A stretch of DNA of 64,000 nt, taken from assembly GCA_013239625.1 (NCBI GenBank), contig MU054187.1, forward strand, positions 6,893,757-6,957,756, written 5' to 3'. A program made the position numbers and the translations under genes. Positions 36,056-48,359 of the stretch are shown here, piece by piece (position 1 is the stretch's first letter; each line of letters opens with the position of its first letter). The notes beneath the pieces were generated by a model. The model worked only from the letters and a program-made list of their open reading frames with translations, was not told where the DNA came from and made no database searches. The stretch comes from Lama guanicoe. Lineage: Eukaryota.

Positions 36056-38149
36056 ATTTAAAATAGAGCAAAGATGGTTTAAAGAAAGGAAGTTATTATA
36101 TCAGATGTCTGCAGCTGAATATCATCATTGGACCATTAATTTGACTCTGAGCTTCTAAATTCAGTGCATCATTCCCTTTGTAATACATTGTTCAGGATTT
36201 AGTTTCTGACAAAACAGCGTTATCAACCTTACCTTGCAAGTAAAAAGAATGCAAAATGTATCTAAGCAAGCTTCATGTAAAGAAATGGTAAAATATAATG
36301 GTCAATGTCCTTGACTATGTTTTTTTTTTTCTATTTGGGTGAAAGAAGATACAGAAATATCTCTAAGTGAACATTTCTCATATACTTGCTCTCAAAGGTG
36401 GAAGACACAATACTGTCCCATATTTCGAAAAAGGGCTTCTCCATGAACCAGAGATAATGCTGTCTAGGAATCCTCTATTTATATTACAATTTAATATGAT
36501 AGAAGTTGTGTAATTTAAATGAATGGATTCCCATTAAACTATCACTTTCAAATATTAGTATTCCTGGCCATTTCCCAGCATCAGTGAGTGAGTGATTCCC
36601 CAGCAGGTACCTGTAGCCCAGTGAGTTGTTGTTTCTGATTAAAGGAACAGTCCTGACCTGAAGGGGTAGAGATGGCATTCAGTGGTGGCTGGGCTAGGAG
36701 CCTGATTTGTATTCTTAACTGGACGGCAACCAGTTCATTTCAGTACAAGACTGAGCTGCTTGGGAGCTTTTATGGGGGAGCTAATGGGAACAAGTCAATG
36801 GTTTTTATCCACACTCAGGCTATAGTTACTTGGACCTATGTTTGGTTTCCTTTTAGAAAATTTACCGTGGAACATTTCAAAATTCCTTGCAGATTTTTTT
36901 TCAGAAAACAGCTTACACGAAAGCCTCAGTGTATTTCCAGTGGGACACAGACATTACTGGTTATTCCATGACTCATCTGTTAAAAGTCTTTTGGTGGGTT
37001 TCCATCGCCCCAAAAAACCAGGTACCAATTCTTAGCATCTTTCCATAGTCTGATTCTAACTGCTTGCTGTTCTCTACCGCCCTTGAGCTATCCTCCCCCG
37101 CTGTCTCCCACCCACTTCCCACCGAGAAGCACACCCATCTTTACACACCTGCTGTCTGTGCTCCGACCAGTCACACTGGATCGCTCGGCTTTAGCATAAC
37201 CTGTAAATTCTAGTTTCCACGTGTTTCCTCACCTGATGACTCCCTTCTCCTCTTCCCATCCTCACCCATCACTGCCCTGTCAAGACTCCGGTCCCAGTTT
37301 ATATAGCTGTTCCTCAGTGAACCTGCTCAAATCTGTTGGCTCCCTGAGAACATCATTTCAATCAGCTTTCATCCGTAGTCCAGTTCCTTGCTCATAGTAG
37401 AAAATATTTCCTGAGGTGAATTTATTTAAAGAGTTTTGTCAGAAAGTATCTTTCCTTCATAGGCAGTATTTCTAATTGAATTACACAAAAGATATTATTA
37501 AAATAAAAATACTAGGGACTTTATGCATCCTGATCAGGAGGAGTTTGTTAATGGATACGTCCTTTCTATTCTGCAACTCTCCTAGAGCCTGTGAGTTAAA
37601 GTAATCCGTTAATTGCAGTTTAGACTCTAGAGAGGACCCAAAGCTTCTGCCCTTCCCAAGGCATACAGCATACTTCGTAGGTCCTTTTTTCTCTTTGTGT
37701 CACCTTTCAATGTTGGTGTCCTGTTGTTGGGAGTAACTTTTAAATGGATCCTTGGATCACTTTTCTCTTCTGGAAATCCACATGGCCCCCGTCTGCCCTT
37801 CCTTTAGGGGGTCTGGCAAGACTGGTCTGAAGGAACAAGGAGCAAAAAATCAGATAGAATGGTTTCTTTCCTTGAATTTGTGTTTGATGTGCTGCATCTT
37901 GGTATCCCCGGGGCAGACACAACCAGGACATGGATTTAGAGGAATGCCCCCTTGTCTGGGCATGGAGCATAACAGACCCCTGCTTCACAGGATGTGCAGA
38001 TGTGAGAGTAAGATTAGTCTCTGACTCATTTTTATAAGGTTTAAGTTCTAATATCCAGAAAAAAAGTGCATTAGCAAAGCTGATGGGGTGTCAGGCCATC
38101 ATCCTGGTGATCGTGGACTCTGTGTGGTTTCAAGGCACTAACACGTGCC

Positions 38150-38290
38150 TTGGAGGTAAGCTGACTTGGGTTTGAATCCTGATCCACTGACTAGCCTTGT
38201 TACTGAGGACAACACAGTTATTTACGAGCTTCAGTTTTATGCTCTATAAAGACAAGAATATTAACACACCGTCTTTGAAGATTATTTATA
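38150..38290 (+). mobile_element. MIR SINE
   Basis: gacttgggtttgaatcctgatccactgactagc...gagcttcagttttatgctctataaa. Confidence 0.65.
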
Positions 38291-38299
38291 TCTTCACAA

Positions 38300-39030
38300 C
38301 TGCTTTTAGACATTTTTGAATGCTGCTTCTATATAAAATTCAAGATCACTTTGTCCATTAAAAAACTGACTGTGAGATTCTAATAAAAATTGGATTAAAT
38401 TTATGTATTAGAAGACTGTGTGTGTGATAAAAAATCTTCCCATTGAAGAAAAGGATTACATTTTTCCTTTGGTCCCTGAGATTTTCGTTTTTCGTAGAAT
38501 TGCTATCTTCCTTGTGAATATATATTCCTTAATATTTTATATTGCTTTTCTATTTTTTAACAGTTGAGAATGGAATATATTCTGGTTTACAAGGGTATAT
38601 TGCTAAAATATAGAAAAATGACTGATTTTAGTGCATTTACTTGGTGTTGCACTACCTTACTAAAACTGTGCATTAATTATATCAGTTACTTCATACCAGG
38701 ACATCTTATATCTTCTAATCATATCAGCAGAAGAGATAGTGTTTTATTTTCTTTTTGTATAGATTATTTCATTTTCTTGTTGTTTTATTGCCTTCACTAA
38801 AACCTCTAAGACAGTGTGAAGTAACAATGGAATAGTGGTCGTTGTCGAATCTCTCATTTCAAATGAGACAAAGGATAATATTGAGTTAATGTTGAGGATA
38901 ATGTTGTCTGTTAGTTTCTGTTAATTTTCTTCTCTTCCTATTTTACTTAGTAGTTTCATTAAGATTAAAAGTTAATTTGATTTTTTTCAAATGCTTTTTG
39001 GCATTGGAAAAACGTGACGTCTGAGTTTCC
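38300..39030 (-). mobile_element. Highly diverged L1M ORF2 fragment
   Basis: T-rich stretch with ttggattaaatttat, tcttcccattgaagaa, actgattttagtgcatt, taaaacctctaagacagtgtgaagt and caaatgctttttggcatt. Confidence 0.55.
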
Positions 39031-39289
39031 CTCCTTGATTTTGTAGATACAGTGGATTTTGGCGGTGGACTTTTTGGTTGCTTACCCAATAGCCATTCCT
39101 CCTGCCTTTTTCTCTGTCTAACCAAACACTAACTTACACCTTGATCTGGAGAAGGGTACCCTCTTCCACTCCCAGGGGTGATGAGTAATCCCCCTGGGAA
39201 GTGATGTAATTGGCGTCCCGTTTCAGGTCCAGCCCAGATCTCCCTTTGCGCTCCCAGCCCACGTGGCCCCAGCCCATTGCTCTCTTCCT

Positions 39290-40150
39290 CACTGGCCACC
39301 CTCGTGCGAGATGCCAAAGCCCTCGATTGTCCCCTTCTTCTCACCCACTTGGCCAGTTTTCCACCTCCTGCCTCCGTTTCCATCCGCAGCTCATTACAGA
39401 GACCTGAGAACCTCACTGTCTCCCTCCCTTCTCCTACCTGATCCATTTCCGAGTCTTCCAGGTTCTATCCCTGGGTAGCTCTTGACTGTATTTGCTTTTC
39501 TCCATTGCGGCTACCACCAGCCAGGAATATGGCAGCACCTCTTGCTAGACCTCCGCAGGCACCTGCTCGGTCAGCTGCTCTGCCTCCCCTCATCCTGCAC
39601 TTGGCAGCCCTGGTGACCTTCCAGGAATAGCTCAGATCTGATTCGGACCCACCACAGTATGAATGCTGTCAACAACTTCCCACCACAGTTAAGATGATAA
39701 TCCTCAGTCCACAGCCTGGACTGTCTGCCCCCTGCCTGCCTCTCTAGCCTGATCTCCTGCTTGGCTGCAGCCACACTGGCCTTTGGTCTGTCCTCCAAAG
39801 CCCCACGCTCTTCCTACCCACAGCCTTCCCATGTGCTGCTGCTCCTGGGCGCCCGCTGGCTTTTCTCGTAGGGGTCAGTGTAATAGCACTCTTTCTAAAG
39901 ATGCCTTCTCTTACTTTATAACCTCAATCTGTTCCTTCAGTTATCACCATGATTTTTTTCCCCTTCATGATATTTATCACGACTTGTAGCCACGTGTTTA
40001 TTTAGTGTGTTGTGTGTACCTCCAAGACTTTGAGAAATGAGTGTGCATGGGGGACTGTCTCTGCTTCCTCACTGCTCTATCCCATCACTCAGAGTCTCTG
40101 AGATGGAGTAGGTACTCAGTGGATTTTTTGTCAAGGGGTTGAATGAATGA
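39290..40150 (+). mobile_element. LINE-2, 3' portion
   Basis: Pyrimidine-rich L2 body (cctgcctgcctctctagcctgatctc, cagccacactggcctt) ending gtaggtactcagtgg...ttgaatgaatga. Confidence 0.75.
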
Positions 40151-41704
40151 GAAGAAGTTTAGAGACAGAAAGATAACATTTTCCCCATATTTCTGAGACA
40201 TAGCTTCTCCGTATTGTGGAGCTCAGGAACCCATGCTGTCTGGTGTAATGAAGCAGCCAGTGTCTGTATTGACATGAACTTGCTAACAAGGTTGAATATA
40301 TGTTTTGGTTTGGTCATTTCTCTCTTGCTAATAAGCTGTTTTTACATGGTGAAAAATACCTGGCTAGTCCATCATTTTTCAGCTTTTTATACATTAGAGT
40401 TTTTTGTTTGCTTGTTTGTTGCTTGTTTTTAGAATTAGTGAGAAAACTCTGTGTAAAGAGAAAACCTCTATTCTCTTCCACCATTGCCTTCAGAGCCTCC
40501 ATGATTCTGTGGATCAGAGGTTTTGGGGTGATGGGTGCTCAGACAAAGCACTGTCAGGGGCCAGTTTTATGGTAAATGGAACCTGGATGGAGTGGTCCAG
40601 TGGCTCGTGCCAGAAAGGCAGCCCCGACCGCAGGCTTCAAACACTCTCCCACGGCTCATAGGTCCACTTTCCAGGGAGGCTGGAGTCCAGTCATCTTGCT
40701 GGAATCAAAGCGCCTCAGCTGGAGAGCACAGGGTTGAAGAACATTTTCCCCCTTCATGGAAAGTTTCAGTGTAAATGAATTTTGTTCTATCATTACACAT
40801 TTTCACGTATGGATAGTATCTATATTCAAGGTAATTTGAGAGAAACAAACATTTTGTGAGTTTAGAACTTGATGGTCATTCAAAAAAGGGAAGTCTCCTG
40901 CGTCTTACCCCAAGTCGTCTTGTTCCTTTATTTAACAGACTTACAGCGATGTTCATATTTGATATATTAAAAGAAGTTTTTTCGTTAGTTTTAGAAATAT
41001 GACAGCAGTATAATGATACGTAGATATCAAAAGGCTTTATTTTACTGCCTTTGCCACATTTCTCCTTATTTAGAAAGAAACACTGTATTTTGTTATCAAT
41101 TTTGTGCTATATTTTTGGTCTAAAAATGTGTGACTTTGAACTTGAGTGTTGATCAAGAAATTCTAAATTGGAAATTTGAGGAAAGGCAGTGCTTTGTTCG
41201 AAATCATAATCAGAAGAAGAATCATTTGTAGGATCTGAGGGGCTAAATGATTTTCACATCATGTAGCTTTTGTGACACATTGTTGCTGATGACTGGAAGC
41301 TTCATTTGTATTATCCAGTTGGACCCGAGTTTGCTTGTGTGGCGGCGGTGCTGGTGTTTGTGTGTAGGTGAGTTGGCAGTGGTGGAGGGAATCCCTCCTG
41401 AGAGGTGGCCCTGCAATAAACATGAAAAAAAATGTTTATAATAACATGAAACATAATTGTATTATTTTAATTCACAATAGATAAGAAGAACCCTTTCTGG
41501 AACAGATGTATTAACAAAATTAAATTAAAGGAGAAGCAACAAATGAAATTATAATCCTGCTGATACGTCCCTTATCTCTGTCTGGGGAACATGATTAGAT
41601 AAAAGGTAGGTATGGATCCCAATGAGATTATCCACTCAGATGGAAAAGCAAAGACAGACTTCAGTAACAAGTTTAATTTCTAATTATAAAAAATAAAAAT
41701 CTGT

Positions 41705-41835
41705 GGGGGGAGGATATAGCTCAGGGGTAGAGCGCATGCTTAGCATGCACAAGGTCCTGGGTTCAATCCCCAGCACCTCCATTAAAAAATAAAAACAAAC
41801 GAACAAACAAACCAACCTAATTATCTCCCCCACTC
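41705..41835 (+). mobile_element. tRNA-Ala(AGC)-derived SINE (camelid Vic-1 type)
   Basis: GGGGGGAGGATATAGCTCAGGGGTAGAGCGCATGCTTAGCATGCACAAGGTCCTGGGTTCAATCCCCAGCACCTCCA with A box (about 41717-41727) and B box (41760-41770), then an A-rich tail with aacctaatta. Confidence 0.9.
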
Positions 41836-41904
41836 CAAAAAAAAAGCCATATACTATAGCTTGTCTTTCCAAAAAACAACTAATTTTTTTAAATTAAAAA
41901 AATC

Positions 41905-41960
41905 CAAATAAATAAATAAATAAATCCATCCATCCATCCATCCATACAGACAGACATACA
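41905..41960. repeat. Compound (AAAT)n(CCAT)n(CAGA)n microsatellite
   Basis: Seen directly. Confidence 0.85.
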
Positions 41961-42049
41961 AACCACGGTCAATTTTGACTCATTATTACCTACTTTAAAA
42001 TATATAGTTCTAATAATTAAAAATAAATCAAAGTCCTGAAACAAAAATG

Positions 42050-43500
42050 TTACAGATGGGATAAATAAAAAGCACTTAAAAATCTTTTTCAGCTAAAATA
42101 ATGTTTACTGCGACTTTCAGAGTTTATCTTAAATTTTAATTTTTACCACCAAATGGGAAAATGGCTGAACACATTTTTCCTATAAATAATTTAAAAGGTT
42201 TAGAGGATTCATAGTCAGCTAGCAAGGAACATTTTTGGTGGAGCAGAGAAGGTGTGATGGGGTCAGAAACCTCTCTGGGTGTTTTTGGTCCATTGAATCA
42301 TGACATGTTACTTTTGCTTCTTCTTGGATTTTGAAGTTCCTTTAATATACTAACCATTATGAAGTAAAAATTATAATGAGAAAGAGAATGCACTATAAGC
42401 AAATAAAATAAACATTATGAAAGTAGTAAACTTAGTAGATCTTGTGCAGGCCTACAAGCGGAAGACCATCAAACTTCATAAAGAAGAAAGATTTTGGTAC
42501 ACGAAGAGACTGATCGTTGTATTTTAAAAATGTTCAATGTATACAAATATGAATTCTCTGCAATGTAATTCATTTGTTTAATAAAATTAAATAAAAATCT
42601 AAAGAGGAAATTCTTGTAAATTCAAAGGAATTATTCCATAGCTCACTTGAAGAAAACAGCAGTAAATTTTTTTTTATTTAAATGTTATTTAAGGGGAACA
42701 CCTCTATAGCTAGTATAGGCATATTAAAGGCAAATTAATTTACAAACAGTTTTATGGTTTGGGCACAAAAGAAATAGACCTATGAAACAAAACAGTCTTC
42801 CCGGAAATATTCTTCGTATTTTAGAATTTCGTGATGATTAAAGAAAGAATTACAAAACAACGAAGATGAGGAGGATTACATAGTTAGGGGTATTGCAAGA
42901 ACTGATTAGAAATTTGGGGAAGGCTGAGCATAATACCTCACCATAAACTATCAGTTTCTGCAGGAGTATAACTCTGTATTTTTTAATGTTGGGAAATCAC
43001 AAAAGAAAGGATCTGTGATTCTGTGAAGGCTAAAAATGTGTGACAGAAACTAAAAAGGAAACAAAATAGTAAGGAAATATTTGCCGTAGCATAACGAAGG
43101 TCTTTTTATAAGCATTCATAAAATTAAGAATGGAATGATTAAAACCCAGTAAATTAGTGCTCAAAACTGTTCATTGTGGCATTCCTTAAAAACTGGAAGT
43201 AAAACAACAATCAACCATAAGAGGACACTCAAATATAGAATATCTTCATTGTAGAAAAACAGGCAGTCTTTTAAAATAACAATAAAGAAAATTAAGTAGC
43301 CAGAAAGAAAAATGCTTGATGCACAGTGATAAATGCAAAGCGAGACACAAATTGCATGCATTATTATTATAATGAGGTAAAAAGATGTCTGAAAACACCA
43401 GAAAGGAATATACACACGTTATGAAAATTGTGTGAAGACCACAATAGGATGTTTTATTTGTGCTCTATTAGAAAAACTTTTTTGTTGTCATTTTATAGTT
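42050..43500 (+). mobile_element. Very old L1ME-like remnant
   Basis: A-rich stretch with scattered ORF2-like motifs (ggtttgggcacaaaagaaatagacctatgaaacaaaacag, tacctcaccataaac, ggaaatatttgcc). Confidence 0.5.
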
Positions 43501-46039
43501 TCTCAAATTGGGAATAAGCTTAGAAAGTTTAAAAATAAGAATTTGAAGATATTCATGTATTACAAAAATCATAAGAAAAAAATCAGAAAGTTTTAAAAAT
43601 TATTTTTATTTATTCTAAAAGATTTTACTGTCCACATAAATCTAACACTTCCCATTGGAATATCAAGATAGTCAATTTGAAATAGATATTTTATTATGCA
43701 AGAAAATACAAGCAATATCTTTAGGAATGGGTGATCTTAAGTCATTAACTATGTTTTTAGCACTGAAGATAAGTATTTGATTTTAATTTGAACTAATTAT
43801 GATAATATATGGATTATTTTATTTAGGATTCTCTTGTAGAGTGCCCTCGTGTATAATCTCATTATTATTATATTATAGTGTCTCTATTATTCTTTCTTTT
43901 TATATACGTAGCATCCTCTTCTCAGTGTCATCTCCTTGTGTAAACCTATCTCATTATGCTCCGGTGCGAGGACCCACCCCACGATTCACTTTCACTTTTT
44001 TGTCAGCTGTCCTATAGCTTCAGTGTCCTTGGCTCAACAGAAGAAAATGGGGAAATGGTAGAAATGAATGCTGGCTCCACCTCCTAAATGTCTCTTTCCT
44101 CCTCTTCCTGTTTCCCACAGGTCATGTGATCCCTCTGGGTGTTGGGCACTGGGGGAAGTGGTGTCTGCATGGTCAAGGATTTGGGCTGAGCTTTTTGGAA
44201 TACAGATAAATCCAGAAACTATGTAAGAGAGCCTAGGTCTAAATTCCAGAGTGGCAAGTCGGGGAGACGCGAAATCCAGGAGGGAACCTGGGTGGCAGGG
44301 AGGAAGACTGAATTCAGATTGGCAAGCTCAGAGATGAGATGATGTAAAACCAGGTTCTGATCAAATAGGAGAGGACAGGGCTCAATTCGCTTCAAGTCAA
44401 GAAGCAAAGTAAAGAGTGAAGAAATTTTATTCCTGTTTTTATTCACGAGTATTTGCTGATTTCACTCTGGGCAAACCCGGGACAGGCCTGGGGATAGAGT
44501 GATGGTCCTAGGGTGACAGATTGTGAGAGCCTGAAAAGGGTTTGTACTTTCATTGGACAAGCAGTTAAATGATCTACTTTAGGTGTGATGTGCACTTGTG
44601 GTCATACATGTGCGGTCATTGGCTTTCCCTTTCTAGAAAAGTTAAAACAGCACTGAAAATACATGTGGCTTCAGGAATGCGAAAGATTTTTTTTTTTACG
44701 TAAATAATCATCTAGATATTTAGTGCTTTGGGAGCTACGTGTTGAGACTCTATATAATTTATATAATTACCATTATTTTCTGACAATGTCCAGTGTACAA
44801 GAATGTGTGCATTTATATACATTATTGTAAATCAATCTTTCAGTTGCTTTCAAGGAATTGTATCTTCACTCCATAATGCTTTCTCTCTCTTATATTTTCA
44901 ACCTCTTCCTTTTCCCTCTGGCCCCTTCACCTCATTCCTTCTAGCTGTTAATCTATTTTCTCAAAACCCCATTCTACCTGCCATCTCTACTTCCTCCACT
45001 GTAATTTACTTCTCAAATAAATGCAGTCTTTTTTCTGCCTCATTCTTCTAACGCTGGCCTTGATAAAGGCTTTCTTACTGACAAATACCACAGTTGCTGT
45101 TCATTTTCTTCTTTCTTTTGGTCTGATTTGGTTTTCCCCGGGGGCATTTCACACTGCTGACATCTCAGGCTACTTGACACTCTTGTTTGTTCACGTCTCT
45201 CTTCTGACTCCCACCTGATGTTCACTCAGCATCTGTCATCTGTTGAACAGCTCTTGTGCTTCAGACACAGGGAACTTAACCTCCTGGACTGTCTGGTCAA
45301 GTGGTGATGATTGACCCCGGAGAAGTGGAATGTGGTTCAGTATGCAGAGGAGAAATAGCAGGGCTCTGTGGGGATCAGAAGGCCCCAGACTGGTCTGGAA
45401 GGTCGTAGGGGAGGAGGAGAGCTTTTCGAGGAAGTGATGTCTATGCTGAGACCTGAAGGCAGGATAGAGAGGCTGCAACCCACCGCATTTTAGAAGACCA
45501 CAGAGTTTCCTCTCTCGCAGCGGGAGCTCACTGACGATAGACTGGCTTATTCCTCGTTGTCTTACTCACGCCTGGTGCTGTGGTTCACTAATTGTGTAAG
45601 AGTAACAAATCAATGAATAACCAAATGAATGTATATGTGAGCTGATATTGAAACATACCAGATATGTATATAATGCTTGCCTCCGTAATCCTGAGCTATG
45701 TGAGATTCTGGATGACCTATAGTATCTGCAAAATCCTTTTGAAGCCACCCAGGCCTTGAAAGCTGCAAATACTCATAAACATCACCCTGATTTTTATAGT
45801 GAGGTCCAGTGCAATCTTTTCTACACAGCGCTTGGGTTTCATCTTCCCCGTGTAAACGTGATTTAGTAGGTCACTGGCCTTTGGCTCTAAAAAGCCCGGC
45901 CTTTTGATCTAGGCCAGTAATAGCCCTAAAGGAATAACCTCCTGCACTGGACCATGGAGACTCAGACACAAAACGTCCTTCTCATGACGAATTTCTCCTC
46001 CATTGTCCTCAAGCGTCTTATAAACAAGATCCTTTACAT

Positions 46040-46240
46040 GCCATGTGCCTTCGCTGTGCCAGACACGGTGTGGCGGGTGTCACTGCTGTCATCTGTTCTA
46101 AGACCTCAAGTAATTCTATATGAGAGGCGTTTTAGAGATTAGTAAAATGAGACACACAGAAGTTAAGTGTGTAGTACTCAATCACCTGGCAAGCGGTGGT
46201 GGGAAATTTGCGTCAGTGTGTCTCTGGTTCTGATCAATAC
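46040..46240 (-). mobile_element. MIR SINE
   Basis: ctgtgccagacacggtg...ttttagagattagtaaaatgagacacacagaagttaagtg. Confidence 0.6.
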
Positions 46241-46359
46241 ACATCTCTTTTCAAACCCTGCACTGTTCTTTCCTCTGCAGTGATCTTAACCTGGCTCTGT
46301 AAGATTTTGTTTGTGCTTTGGGAGGCTGAAGCGTTGAAGAGGAGCTAAACCCAATTTAA

Positions 46360-46600
46360 TGCTTCATTCATTCATTCGTTCTATAAAATTTTTCGTGTGT
46401 CAGGCTTGGCTGTGTGTGCCATGTGTCATGCCCCGTGTATTGAGGTCGTACAAAGATGACGTCACACAGCCCCCATTTTCAGTGAACTCACAGGTGATAG
46501 GGAAGAGAAGCCAATAAACACGTCATTACCATTTAAGGAGACAAAGACTACGCTAGAGGCATGCACAGGGTGAAATGGAACATGAGGGGTGAGGAGGGGT
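46360..46600 (-). mobile_element. LINE-2 3' end
   Basis: ttcattcattcattcg tail followed by gacgtcacacagcccccattttcagtgaactcacag. Confidence 0.6.
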
Positions 46601-47189
46601 TCTTCGTGGGTCAGGAGGCACTTGGTAGGTAGGTAGAGTCACCATCGCTGGTCCAGGACATCAGTGTGCTAGAGTGTTCCGCTGGACCTGTCACACAAAC
46701 AGGCGACTGGCTTCAGTGTGATGTAGCCTGGCCTGCAGTGATGATGGCTGTTACAGCTTCACTGTGTGGACCTGTGACTCCAGCTTCCCCCACTGGACGA
46801 TGAGCAGAGAGGCCAGCATTTAGCTTGAAAGGACTCCTCCAGCCCGTAAAGTGCACACACTGCCGGCACTCTCTGTCTCTGTCTTCTCCCTAGAATTTGG
46901 GAACATGTCCACCAACCAGAGCCCAGCTGGGCGTGGTGTGAATGCTGCCCTCATGACAGGAACACACCGCCACCACCTGCAAGCTGTCTGATGACCTTTC
47001 CTAGGAGATCTGGGGCTGCATGTAATTTATAACCACTCAGTGAGTTCTCTGGGGAAAAGCAGCACCGGGGTTGAGGCACCTTCTTAGAATTTACCAAGCC
47101 TCAGCTACACTTGAATAGAAGTAAAGCTGTTCGTCTTGGGCAGAGAAATGGGAACATATCCAGATTTTTCCATTGCAGAACAATTCCAC

Positions 47190-47239
47190 CCCTCTCTCTC
47201 TTTCTCTCTGTCCTTTTGTTTCTCTCCCCTCCCTACTCC

Positions 47240-47276
<37 letters not shown>

Positions 47277-47283
47277 TCACACA
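47190..47283. repeat. (CT)n-(CA)n compound microsatellite within a pyrimidine tract
   Basis: Seen directly. Confidence 0.9.
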
Positions 47284-48212
47284 AGTCCTGTGGTTGCTAT
47301 TGGCCTTAATATGGCAAAAGCAAAACTCCAGAATTAGTCCTTCCTGTTCGAGGCAACCTTTTAGGGTAACATACAAGAGCCCTTGAAGTGAGTGTGAGCG
47401 CTGCCTTGCACGCAACCAAAGTTGAACTCAAACCAGAGATGTCGGAGGGCCTTCAGCTGTGGATTTCATCTGGAAAAGCCCTACCGAGAGCTACCTTACC
47501 CTGGTACCTTTTGGAAAATTCTTGGTTTTCAACAGCTGCTGCCACAGACTATCCTAAAAGCAGCCTGAATACTGCTCCTGACTCAGTCCAAGTGTTCTCC
47601 CCTGCCTAATTACCCCACAAGGCTTCCAAGATGAGTAAAAACATGTTCGTCTAGAACTGCCCCCTTGACACGTTCAGAATTCTCAAGCAAAGCTATTCAT
47701 CGAGGCATGGGCTTGGCAGCGTCCTCTGCGTCAGGTTTGCCAAGTGGGTAAACCGAGGGCATTCATGTGGGTCACCTATTCATCAGGAAGAAAGCCTTTC
47801 TGTCCTTCTCATTAGTCTCTCCCACTGCCCTAAACCACAGGAATAAAAGCCCTCCTTTCTTCTTACCTCGGCTGGCTGCCCAACTGCTTCGCAGCCCTTT
47901 TATCAAAGGGAGATCTACAGGTCAGGATTTCAAAGAGCAGGCATCCTCTCTAGGTGCTGCACAGGAAAGTAATTAAAGTGCGTCACACAGAAGCTGTATC
48001 AGTGATAAGGAGAAAATGAACATGAATTTTAAGATACCGTTTTAACCAACTGTGCGCTTCATTAGAGTCACAGAGTGGCCCAACTTTGAGACCATCAGGG
48101 ACGTCAGCATGTCCATTAGAACTTTGATAGTGATTTCCTGGCTTTTGTCTTAGTGTCAGGCACACTGAAAGCACTCAGTAAATGTTCGCTGCCCTAATTC
48201 AGATGTGAATCT

Positions 48213-48359
48213 GAATTAAGTAATTATTTTTTTGAAGTCAGGGCTGGTAATTAGGTTCATTTGTTTATTTACCTTTCGAGGAGGTACTGGGGATTGAACC
48301 CAGGACCTTGTGCATGCTAGGCAGGTGCTCTACCACTTGAGCTATAGCCTCACGTCCAA
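48213..48359 (-). mobile_element. tRNA-Ala-derived SINE (camelid Vic-1 type) with 12-bp target-site duplication
   Basis: Reverse complement reads GAGGCTATAGCTCAAGTGGTAGAGCACCTGCCTAGCATGCACAAGGTCCTGGGTTCAATCCCCAGTACCTCC. Flanked by agatgtgaatct at 48201-48212 and 48360-48371. Confidence 0.9.

Noticed and set aside
41709..41781. Apparent tRNA-Ala(AGC) gene
   Set aside because: The acceptor stem has three mismatches and the anticodon stem two. It carries a SINE-type A-rich tail and has two diverged relatives with TSDs in the window.
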